Below are positions 53,201 to 64,000 of a stretch of DNA of 64,000 nucleotides, piece by piece. The notes beneath the pieces were generated by a model, which did no database searches, was not told where the DNA came from, and saw only the letters and a program-made list of their open reading frames with translations. The stretch covers positions 46,004,001 to 46,068,000 of the forward strand of contig NC_043002.1 in NCBI RefSeq assembly GCF_006345805.1, in the 5' to 3' direction. The first letter of the stretch is position 1, and the number at the start of each line of letters is the position of its first letter. A program made the translations under genes and the position numbers. The stretch is from Octopus sinensis. Lineage: Eukaryota.

Positions 53201-56151
53201 GTAGTTGCCAGTTAGTTACAAAGTAAAAACAAAGTTGTAGACCAGCTTTCACACAGTTTGTTTTCATTATTTACTTTCCTTTCCAAATATTTCCTCCCAC
53301 ACTGAGGCCAGATATTTATGATTTGCGGAGATATAAATTGAGTTGATTCTAAATTTAACTACAGTTGACCAGCATCTATTCCTATAAACTGCTGTAGGCT
53401 GTTGTGAGAACTAATCTGATGGCTTTTCATAACTGTTTTAAGCAGATGCAAAGTTCATTTCTTATCAGTAAATTTACTTTCTGCTGAAAGTGATTGAGGG
53501 TTTAAAGAACCTATGTGGTTCAGAGCATCATTTGTAAAATACAATATACTGTATTAAATAGTTGCACCAGTGATTTTCATCAAAATAAATAAAAGTATAC
53601 CATCACTACATCACAAGATCTGTTTCTATTTCACATTCAGAAAATATATTAACCCTGAACAGTTATTAGATTTTTACATATTCCTAACATCTCCTATGCT
53701 ACAGTTCACATATCTGAAACAGAATCGTTATCATGCACAAATATTTTATATGGTATCTGACAAATATGTTTTCCTCCAAATAGGCAACTGCTTACTCACC
53801 AGATTTATCCAGATACTTCAATGAGTTTTTAGCCGCCTATTGATTAGGGTGTGTAGCACTCACATTTGTAAGATGGTGGTTTTGATTCCTGGACTGGACA
53901 GTGCTTTGTGTTCTTGAGTAAAATAATTGGTTTCACATTGTTCCAGTTCACTCAGCTGTAAATGAGTTCCAGCAATGGCTGTGATGGACTGATGGATCTC
54001 ATTTAGCGGGAAGTGTTGTAATCTTAGTCACTTATATACAGTGGAAACCAGGTTAGAATCCAGCCTTAAGAGTCTTAAGACTTATGACAGATCTAAAATG
54101 AATTTATATCAGTAATACGACTTTTTAGTAGGGTAATGTTACCAGCATATGAATATAAGTTGTGAATTACTGATACTTACCAAGAAGTAACTGGATAATC
54201 AGAATGTCCTTCATGTATATAACTAAGCAACATTAAGAAGACAATGACATTGGTGATTTATAGATGTAATACTCATAATCAAGTATACAAGGTATGATCC
54301 ACCCTTTTGATATTAAAATACTATAAGGTGTTGAGCTAGCAAAATTGTTAGCACAGTGGGCTAAATGCTCGGTGGCATTTTGCCCATCTTTACATTCTGA
54401 GTTCAAATTCCGCTTAAGGTCTATTTTGCCTTTCATTCTTTCAGGGTTGATAAAATAAGTACCAGTTGAGCACTGTGGTGATGTAATTAGCTTACTCCAT
54501 TCCCCAAACTTGCTGGCTTTGTGCCAAAATGTGGAACCAATATTAAGATACTCTTACTATTTATAGCTACAGGAAAATATTATCAAGAGGTCTGTCATGT
54601 ACAACTAAGCATCAATTTAGCAAATTAAACCATGATTAAGGATTAAGAACATTTATATTTAGAGTTTCAAAGCTATCAACAAGAAAATACTAAATACAGG
54701 TTAATGCAATATTAAATGTATCAATGTTATTTTTTCTCAATATAAAGGCAGCAAGCAAGCAGAATTGTTCACATGTCGGGTGAACTACTTGGCAGCATTT
54801 TGCTTGTCTTTACATTCTGAATTTGAATTCTGCCTAGGTTGACTTTGCTTTTCATCCTTTCAGAGTCGATAAATTAAGTACCAGTGAAATACTGGGGTCG
54901 ATGTAATCAACTTGCCCCCTCCCACAAAATGTCAACCCTTGTACCTTTATTAGAAAGGATAATTTTCTCAATATGATAATACAATATTAAATTTAGCAAC
55001 GTTATTATTATGAAGTGAAGGTGCATGGCTCAGTAGTTAGAGTGTTGAGCTTACAACTGTGAGGTTGTGAGTTCGAATCCTGGACTGGGTTGCATATTGT
55101 GTTCTTGAGCAAGACACTTTATTTCATGTTGCTCCAGTTCACTCAGCTGTAGAAATGAGTTGCGACATCTCAGGTGCCAAGCTGTATTAGTCTCTGCCTT
55201 TCTCTTGGATAACACTGGTGGCGTGGAGAGGGGAGGTTGGTATGCATGGGCAACTGCTGGTCTTCCATAAACAACCTTGCCTGGACTTGTGCCTAAGAGG
55301 GTAACTTTCTAGGTGCAATCCCATGGTCAATCATGACCAAAGGGGCTCTCAGCATTATTATGAAAAATAATTTAAGAAATAACTGTGTGTAGCATAAGCA
55401 GAAGGCTTCAAATTCTTGGAGGAGAAGAAGTCAGATAGTACAACTTCCATGTAAGTCTACTAAGTTAATCTCTTGTTTTTTTACTTCCAAAACATGTTTT
55501 TACTCAACATTCACTATCGTTGCCCCATCAGATCATCTAACCATTGCCTAATCACAGCAATTTATCATATATTCTTTTACTGCACGGAACACAGGTACAA
55601 GATTTTCTGGGCAGGGAACACTGACGGGGTTGGTGGCGTGGGTATACTTATTGCTGAGAAATGGATAGATAGAGTAATTGAGGTAATCAGAGTAAGTGAC
55701 AGAATACTTAAGATTAGAATAGTGCTTCATAATAGATTAGCAACCATTATATCGGCCTATGCCCCTCAGCCAGGGCTACCCGATGGACAGAAAGACAGTT
55801 TCTATGACACCCTACTGCAGACCACCTCATTGACGAACGACAGGGACCTTCTCTTTGTGGCTGGTGATTTCAATGGGCATGTTGGACGACATGCTGGGGG
55901 CTTCCATGGCGTGCATGGAGGCTACGGTTATGGTTCCCGCAACGAGGAGGAACCAGGCTGCTGGAGTTCTGCGATGCGAATAGTCTTATGATCTGCAACA
56001 CTAACTTCAGGAAACCAACAAGCCACCTGGTCACCTACCTACCGATCGGGCCGGCATACTAGCCAAATCGACTACAACATCCTCGCCAGAAAAAGGGAAA
56101 GATGGCTGCTTATAAATGCCAAAACCTTCCCAGGCGAAGAATGCACCCCAA

Positions 56152-58208
56152 CCATAGACTGGTAGTTAGTGACTTTAGGATCAGGACTAAGAGGGCGACT
56201 AGAAGACGACCAACATGGAGAAGAAGGGTCTGGAAGCTTAAAGACCCTGCGAATGGACAGAGATTTAGAGATATGTTACTTGAAGCCTTTGACGAAGTGG
56301 AAGGGGGTATAGCTACACATGGGGTAGAAGACAACTGGACGTTTCTGAGGGACAACCTGCTGAAAGCCGCTGACCAGATCTGTGGCTGGTGCAAAGTCCC
56401 CTTAAGACCCAAAATAACATGGTGGTGGAACAATATTGTTGATAGGGCTATTAGACAAAAGAAACAGGCTTGGAAGGCCTGGAAGAACGGTGGTAGCAGG
56501 GAAGTGTATCAGACTGCCAGAAGGGAAGCCAGGAGACAGGTCTATCTAGCCAGAGGGGAAGCAGATAAAAGAAAATTTGCCAATGTCCTGCGCCGTGAGG
56601 ATGAAAGACTTGAGGTATTTCGTGTTGCAAGACAGTGTGTGAGAGAGAATCGAGATGTGGTAGGAGAGAAATGTGTTCGCATGGAGGATGGTTCACTTGC
56701 GCTAAATGAGGATGCAAAGAGAGAAGCTTGGAGACGCCACTATGAAAGGTTGCTGAATGAGGAAAATGAATGGGATAAAGAGAGTCTGCCGAATGTTGAC
56801 CCAACAGAGGGACCAGCTATCCGAGTTGATAGTTCCGTGGTAGCTAAGGCAATTAGAAGCATGAAGACAGGGAAAGCCCCAGGCCCATCAGGAATTACTG
56901 CAGAGATGCTCAAAATATCTGGTAGTGTCGGCTATAGCATAGTCACCCGTATAGTTAACCAGGTGATACACGAAGGAGTCATACCCAATGACTGGTGTAG
57001 CAGCATAATAGTCAACTGCTACAAAGGTAAAGGCGATGCCCTAGATACAAATAACTACAGGGGCATCAAGCTGTTGGATCAGGTAATGAAGGTTACGGAG
57101 AGGGTTATAGCCCAGTTAATTAGAGAGAGAGTTAGCTTAGATGATATGCAGTTTGGGTTCGTGCCAGGGAAAAGTACTACTGATGCTATATTCCTGGTAA
57201 GACAGCTGCAGGAGAAATACCTAGCCAAAGGTAAGCCCTTGTACCTGGCTTTTGTTGACTTAGAGAAAGCCTTTGACAGGGTCCCCCGATCCCTTATCTG
57301 GTGGTCAATGAGGAAACTAGGGATAGATGAATGGTTAGTGAGAGCTGTGCGAGCCATGTACAGAGATGCAGCTAGTAAGGTGAGGGTTGGCAACGAGTAC
57401 AGTGAAGAATTCCGGGTAGAGGTTGGGGTCCACCAAGGTTCAGTCCTCAGCCCCCTCCTATTTATCATAGTCCTCCAGGCAATAACGGAAGAATTTAAGA
57501 CAGGATGCCCCTGGGAGCTCCTATATGCTGATGACCTTGCTCTAATTGCTGAGTCACTATCAGAACTGGAGGAGAAGTTTCAGGTGTGGAAACAAGGATT
57601 AGAATCGAAGGGCCTTAGAATCAACCTAGCCAAAACCAAAGTCCTAATAAGTAGGAAGGTGGACCAACCACAAACGACTTCAGGTAGATGGCCCTGCTCG
57701 ATCTGTAAAAAAGGTGTAGGTAGAAACTCTATAAGGTGCACCAAGTGTAAGCTATGGACACATAAGAGGTGCAGCAATGTCAAAGGAAGGCTAACTAAGA
57801 AAATAGTTTTTGTCTGTGGCAGATGCTCAAGAGAAATAAACACTGGAAATGTGCAGAGACCAACTTCTACCACGTTCCAGGGAGACAAACTAGAAGTAGT
57901 TGATAGCTTCCGCTACCTAGGAGACCAAGTCAGTAGCGGGGGTGGGTGTGCTGAAAGTGTAACTGCTAGAGTAAGAATAGCCTGGGCAAAGTTTAGAGAG
58001 CTCTTACCCCTGCTGGTGACAAAAGGCCTCTCGCTAAGAGTAAAAGGCAGACTATATGATGCGTGTGTACGTACAGCCATGCTACATGGTAGTGAAACAT
58101 GGGCCGTGACAGCTGAGGATATGCGTAAGCTTGCAAGAAATGAAGCCAGTATGCTCCGATGGATGTGTAATGTCAGTGTTCATAATCGTCAGAGTGTAAG
58201 TACTTTGA
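56152..58208 (+). pseudogene. Open RT-coding segment of the RTE LINE, including a C4HC3 PHD finger at 57695-57826
   Basis: In-frame part of ORF 56102-58291; CSIC..CTKC..H..C..CGRC lies between YADD/KTKVL and FRYLG. Confidence 0.9.
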
Positions 58209-58459
58209 GAGAAGTTGAACCTAAGAAGTGTCAGTTGTGGTGTGCAAGAGAGACGGCTGCGCTGGTATGGTCATGTGACGAGAATGGCTGAAGATAGTTG
58301 TGTGCAAAAGTGCTACACCCTAGCAGTTGAGGGAACCTGTGGAAGAGGTAGACCCAGGAAAACCTGGGACGAGGTGGTGAAGCACGACCTTCGAACTTTA
58401 GGTCTCACCAAGGAAATGACTGAAGACCGAGTCCTATGGAAGTGTGCTGTGCATGAGAG

Positions 58460-60162
58460 GACCCGGCAGGACTAGTCAGGCCATATCCCGTGGCCCCTAC
58501 CTGGGACGTAGTCGATCCACCTGTGCATACCTTCCTTCTTGTGACACTTGTGAAGACCTGCTGAGGCAAGTGAAAATCAATCAAAATAGATGAACATCAA
58601 TGGAATTTGTATCTTTGTGGTACCAGTGCCTGTGGCACACAAGAAAACCATCCGAACGTGGCCGTAGCCAGTACCGCGTCGACTCGCCTCCGTGATGTGG
58701 GAACATGGTGGCACATAAAAACACCATCCGAAGATCCGGCAAGACTAGTCAGGTCATAACCCATGGGCCCTACCTGGGACGTAGTCAGTCCACCAGTACA
58801 TACCTTCCTTCTTGCGACACTTGTGAAGACCTGTTGAGGCAAGTGAAAATCAAAACAAATCAAAATAGATGAACATCAATGGAATTTGTATCTTTGTGGT
58901 ACCAGTGCCGGTGGCACACAAGAGAAAACCATCCGAAAGTGGCCGTAGCCAGTACCGCATCGACTGGCCTCCGTGCTGTGGGCACATGACAAACACCATC
59001 CGATCGTGGCCGTTCGCCAGCCTCATCTAGCACCTGTGTCGGTGGCACATAAAAACACCATCCGAAGACCCGGCAAGACTAGTCAGGCCATAACCCATGG
59101 CCCCTACCTGGGACGTAGTCAGTCCACCTGTGCATACCTTCCTTCTTGTGACACTTGTGAAGACCTGTTGAGGCAAGTGAAAATCAAAATCAAAATAGAT
59201 GAACATCAATGGAATCTGTATCTTTGTGGTACCAGTGCCGGTGGCACACACTTTGTGGTACACCAGTGGCCGTGGCACAAAGAGAACCATCCGAACGTGG
59301 CCGTAGCCAGTTCCGCATCGACCGGCCTCCGTGCTGTGGGCACGTAACAAACCCCATCCGATCATGGCCGTTCGCCAGCCTCATCTGGCACCTGTGTCGG
59401 TGGCACATAAAAACACCTTCCGAAGACCCGGCAAGACTAGTCAGTCCACCTGTGCATACTTTCCTCTTGTGACACCTGTGAAGACCGGTTGAGGCAAGTG
59501 AAAATCAAATCAAATCAAATCAATCAATAGACAAATAGATGAACATCAATGGAATTTGTATCTTGTGGTACCAGTGCCTGTGGCACACAAGAAATCCATC
59601 AGTGCTGTAGTCAGTGCGGTGGGCACATGACAAACCCCATCCGATCGTGGCCGTTCGCCAGCCTCACCTAGCACCTGTGTCGGTGGCACATAAAAACACC
59701 ATCCGAAGACCCGGCAAGACTAGTCAGGCCATAACCCATGGCCCCTACCTGGGACGTAGTCAGTCCACCTGTGCATACCTTCCTTCTTGTGACACTTGTG
59801 AAGACCTGTTGAGGCAAGTGAAAATCAAATCAAAACAAATCAAAATAGATGAACATCAATGGAATTTGTATCCTTGTGGTACCAGTGCCGGTGGCACGTG
59901 GCACACTAGAAAACCATCCGAACGTGGCCGTAGCCAGTGCCCATCGACTGGCCTCCGTGCTGTGGGCACGTAACAAGCACCATCCGATCGTGGCCGTTTG
60001 CCAGCCTCATCTGGCACCTGTGTCGGTGGCACATAAAAACACCATCCGAGCGTGGCCGTCTGCCAGCCTCGTCTGGCACCTGTGTCGGTGGCACATAAAA
60101 ACACCATCTGAGCGTGGCCGTTTGCCAGCCTCGTCTGGCACCTGTGTCGGTGGCACATAAAA
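58460..60162 (+). repeat. Two-level tandem array in the RTE 3' UTR: five macro-units starting at 58460, 58733, 59067, 59425 and 59708, containing 62-bp subunits
   Basis: Each macro-unit starts gacccggcaagactagtcag or a close variant; the subunit aaacaccatccgagcgtggccgt..gtcggtggcacataa repeats with period 62 (60041, 60103). Confidence 0.95.
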
Positions 60163-60431
60163 TCACCCACTACACTCTCGGAGTGGTTGGCGTTAGGAAG
60201 GGCATCCAGCTGTAGAAACACTGCCAGATCTGACTGGACTGGTGCAGCTTTCGGGCTCCCCAGACCCCAGTTGAACCGTCCAACCCATGCTAGCATGGAA
60301 AGCGGACGTTAAATGATGATGATGATGATGATGATGATACCATCACTTTCTGAATCCTATTGCATTTCAAGTCAGCTAACTGGCTGGAGCTTTGCCAGTT
60401 TAGGGTTAACTATCTCTTTCAACAAATGTAC

Positions 60432-60637
60432 CTCACTTCTAACCAACTCAAGACAACTAAGTAGGTGGTTGAATCCCTTCTTACAGTCATCTCCCTTCCC
60501 ATCTCTCATAGAAGCAAATTCTACAACTCCATATTTCTTAAATGGTTCACAGTAGTGCAACTGAAGGTCATAACCTAAAGCTCTTCTAGACTTCTTTCCA
60601 TTCTTTAACTGGGTTGCTTCTTCTGCCACACTTCCAT
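60432..60637 (-). CDS. Probable coding exon of an unidentified gene: GSVAEEATQLKNGKKSRRALGYDLQLHYCEPFKKYGVVEFASMRDGKGDDCKKGFNHLLSCLELVRSE (may instead run to the stop at 60372)
   Basis: Strong ttttatttttcag acceptor; only one frame stays open; non-repetitive protein-like composition; possible GAG|GTACAT donor at 60432. Confidence 0.55.
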
Positions 60638-61218
60638 CTGAAAAATAAAACTTGCCTTAAAATACAGCTGGTCTCTGATACCTGACAAGAAGATCATCCC
60701 TAACTTTGCAGACTCTTTCTACCCACCAAACCTCAACCAAGATGACTCTACAAGCAATATTCTCACACTTTGTTCATATTCAACAAAAGGAATTTCAGAA
60801 GGTTGTTGAAAGTTCTAGAGTTATGTGTGTGCACGTGTTCCAACAGTCTGAGAAGCCAATGAATACATACAAATTAAAAAAAAAAACTTATTAGGGAAGA
60901 CAGTTTATTTCTATTTTAAGGCACAAATATTTAAGATGTAAAGGTATGTCGCCTAGTGGTTAAAGTATTGTACTCACAATTACAAGATTGTGGTTTTGAC
61001 TCCTGGATCAGGCTATATATTGTGCTCTTGAGCAAAACACTATATTTCACTATGCTCCAGGCCTTTCAGCTGTATATCAGTATCCCTGTGATGGGTTTGG
61101 ATTGGCGTCCTGTTCATGGGGAAAGTTGTGATTTCAGTCATTTATATGTCATGGAAACTGGGTAACTGGCCCAATTAATCCTAAGACTCAAGATAGCAAT
61201 GTGCAGGATACTTATATG

Positions 61219-61690
<472 letters not shown>

Positions 61691-61692
61691 TA

Positions 61693-61925
61693 CACAGACA
61701 TAAAAACTGGGACTTGTCAGTGAACTTTTTTTTCCAGCCTGTGGCATTTGAGCCATTTGGAAGGTCTGGGCCACTAACAGCAAAGTTCTTGTCATCGTTG
61801 GCACCTTACCATACTGAGGTATCAGGTGGTGCATATGAAGGTCCTTGGCTGCTCCAGCACCTTAGCTTTGCCATCACCCATGGTAATGTCACAAATATGT
61901 TGGCTTGCTTCAGTAGGTTTTGTTG
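61693..61925 (+). mobile_element. CRE-clade-like non-LTR retrotransposon C-terminal remnant
   Basis: [27 protein letters not shown] resembles the REL-domain end FxPxAxETxG..QRxSxAxxRGN. Confidence 0.65.
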
Positions 61926-64000
61926 AACCTTGTGGTATGAGACCAATTGAGTCACTTGATGTTGAATTGATGTTTTTTCATTCTTCCTCTTTTTCCTTTT
62001 TTCGTCTTTTTCTTTCTTTCTTCACTTGTGTCTGTGTTTTCTTCAGTTTTGTATTCTAATGTGGTTTTCTATTATATATATATATCTGAGACCCCCTTCG
62101 GTCATGACACAGACCATGGGATTGCACCTAGAAAGTTACCCTCCTAGGCACAAGTCCAGGCAAGGTTGTTTATGGAAGACCAGCAGTCGCCCATGCATAC
62201 CGGCCTACCATCTTCACACCACTGATGTTATCCAAGGGAAAGACAAAGGCCAATACAGCTTGGCACCTGTGATGTCGCAACTCATTTCCACAGCTGAGTG
62301 AACAGGATCAAAGTGAAATAAAGTGTCTTGCTCAAGAACACAACACACAGCCTGGTCCAGGATTCGAGTTCACAACCTCACGATCGTAAGCTCGACGCTC
62401 TAACCACTGAGCCATGTATAATACATATGTATTATATTCCAATGAATATAAAAATCAAACTGCTCCCCACTGCCAAAAGAATTATGTAGACCTGGGTGGA
62501 AATGACATGCAACAAAAAAAAAATTCCAGTTTTGTGCTATTTTTAGATATTTAGAAAAAGATTTGTCAAGAAGACTACTTAGACCAGATATAGGTTCATA
62601 AACAACGATATTTAAGAATTACTTTAAGAGTGTTTTACCTCATTAAATTTTCCTTTATCTATCCAGTCTTTCTCAACAATTTTTTCCCTATAGACCCCTT
62701 TTATTCCCATTGTACTATGATGGAACCTCCTAGCTATTTGATGTTTAAAAAATCCTGTTATATTTTTATAATTAAATATTAATCAGAATTGCATAAAAAT
62801 AATTAATAAAATTTTTTTGTGTATTGTAGATGTATAACCAACTTATTGCAGATAAATTTTAACAACAAAATCTTATATGAACCCCCAACAGTCATGTGGA
62901 CCCCAGTTGAGAACCGCTTATCTAACAGATTCTTTAGTCAAGCAGCTTGCTGAAGAGTTCAATGGCCATATAGATATATTTTTTTCTGCTTGTGTTTGTA
63001 TTTGCTATATACATTTAGTCTAAAAAACGTTTTTGTTTCTGACCTTCACATTTATTATAAAAAGCAGGGGTTGGCCATTAATACATGTGCTAATAACTTT
63101 ATAATCATCATTTAATGACAACTTTTCCATGCTTGCATGGATTGGACAGAATTTGTTGAAGCAAATCTCTTCAGCTTGATGACCTTCATGAAGCAAAACC
63201 CTCGTTTATTTCCAAGCAAGTTAGTATTTTCCCATAGCTAGACATGCCTTTTCACTGAAAACTGGAAACAAGCACCCTCACATGTGTGATGGTGATACTC
63301 ATTTACAACCATTACATGATGTCTAGACAAGGATACACACAAATTCCCACACATATACACACACAAACATTCACACACACACACACGCACGCACGTGTGC
63401 ACACACACACACACATACACATACACACACACACACACGTATACATGTATGTATGTATAAATGACAAGATTCTTCCATTTTCCAGCTACCAAATTCACTC
63501 ACAAGGCTTTGGTCAGCCCATGGCTGCCCAATATACCATGTAGTAGAACTCAACCCTTACCGTAGACATAAAATATGAAAACCATGAAATTTGTAAATAT
63601 TTTGAACTTCTCAATAATTTGATCTGGTTCCTCTAAACAAAGATTACATTTTCCTGCCAAAAATCATTAAAATTCTTAAGAAATGCCTTACTGTTATCCC
63701 CCCCCCCCAAAAAAAAACCCCCATTATTCTAACCAACATTTTATGAATAGCAACATTGTAACAAGTTTTAACAATAGCAACGAGACCTCTCTGTCATTTC
63801 AGTGAAGCTTACCAAAAACTGTAACTGAATGTGACTAGTGATACTAATGATAATTGAAATATTTTACTTTGGTTTATTGGTGTAAAATATGTGTATAAAA
63901 AAAAGCTGAAACCCTTTGATATATCATCATCTGTCTACTGTTATACACTTATACTTTTATAAAAAGGCACTCAAGAGATGAAATGCTTTTCATTTTCACT

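Larger units (their letters stand above)
55585..60338 (+). mobile_element. 5'-truncated RTE-clade LINE (APE, RT, PHD) with long repetitive 3' UTR and (GAT)n tail
   Basis: APE motifs GVGGVGIL, SAYAPQ, AGDFNGH and HRLVVSD; RT motifs QFGF, DLEKAFD, GVHQGSVLSP and YADD; RTE C-terminus LRWYGHV..GRGRP; frameshifts near 55950, 56040, 56150 and 58208; 3' stem-loop cgtcc..ccatgctagcatgg..ggacg. Confidence 0.97.

Noticed and set aside
52960-53550. Possible coding region on -
   Set aside because: Stops in all frames; at most a very old LINE remnant.
58535-58580. CTGYTGA-ggcaagt-GAAA as a hammerhead in each macro-unit
   Set aside because: The invariant A6 is replaced, and stems I-III cannot be formed; the segment instead forms a simple cacttg/caagtg hairpin.
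58597-60296. Many overlapping ORFs (MPPTQVPDEAG..., also at 13384-13854) and a CRISPR-like look of the array
   Set aside because: The ORFs are translations of the non-coding UTR repeats on both strands. The repeats have no unique spacers, there are no cas genes, and the context is eukaryotic.
55560-60350. Target-site duplication for the large RTE
   Set aside because: No matching direct repeat is visible at the two junctions.
60500-60540. GVVEFAS match to SR-protein RRM2
   Set aside because: Flanking residues do not fit an RRM; likely coincidence.

Overview
AT-rich, intron-containing eukaryotic DNA dense in microsatellites and SINE/LINE/MITE repeats. The repeat repertoire (tRNA-head SINEs, RTE LINEs, Penelope remnants) suggests an octopus-type cephalopod; this is inference. 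Most ORFs in the supplied track are microsatellite or repeat artefacts. Reading splice sites gives: (1) seven exons of a pirin gene on + (1659-20563, N-terminus not found in the window) whose motifs look more like bacterial than human pirin; (2) a complete 3-exon, 165-aa SPMAP1/C17orf98-like gene on - (43766-26803), convergent with pirin; (3) one probable exon of an unidentified gene on - (60637-60432 or 60372). The largest element is a 5'-truncated RTE LINE (about 55585-60338) with a C4HC3 PHD finger inside its RT and a 1.7-kb, two-level array of hairpin cassettes in its 3' UTR. Also present: two Penelope-type hammerhead ribozyme motifs, an internally deleted HERO-like element, a CRE-like 3' end, piggyBac, mariner, pogo, hAT and Helitron derivatives, long palindromes and many SINEs.
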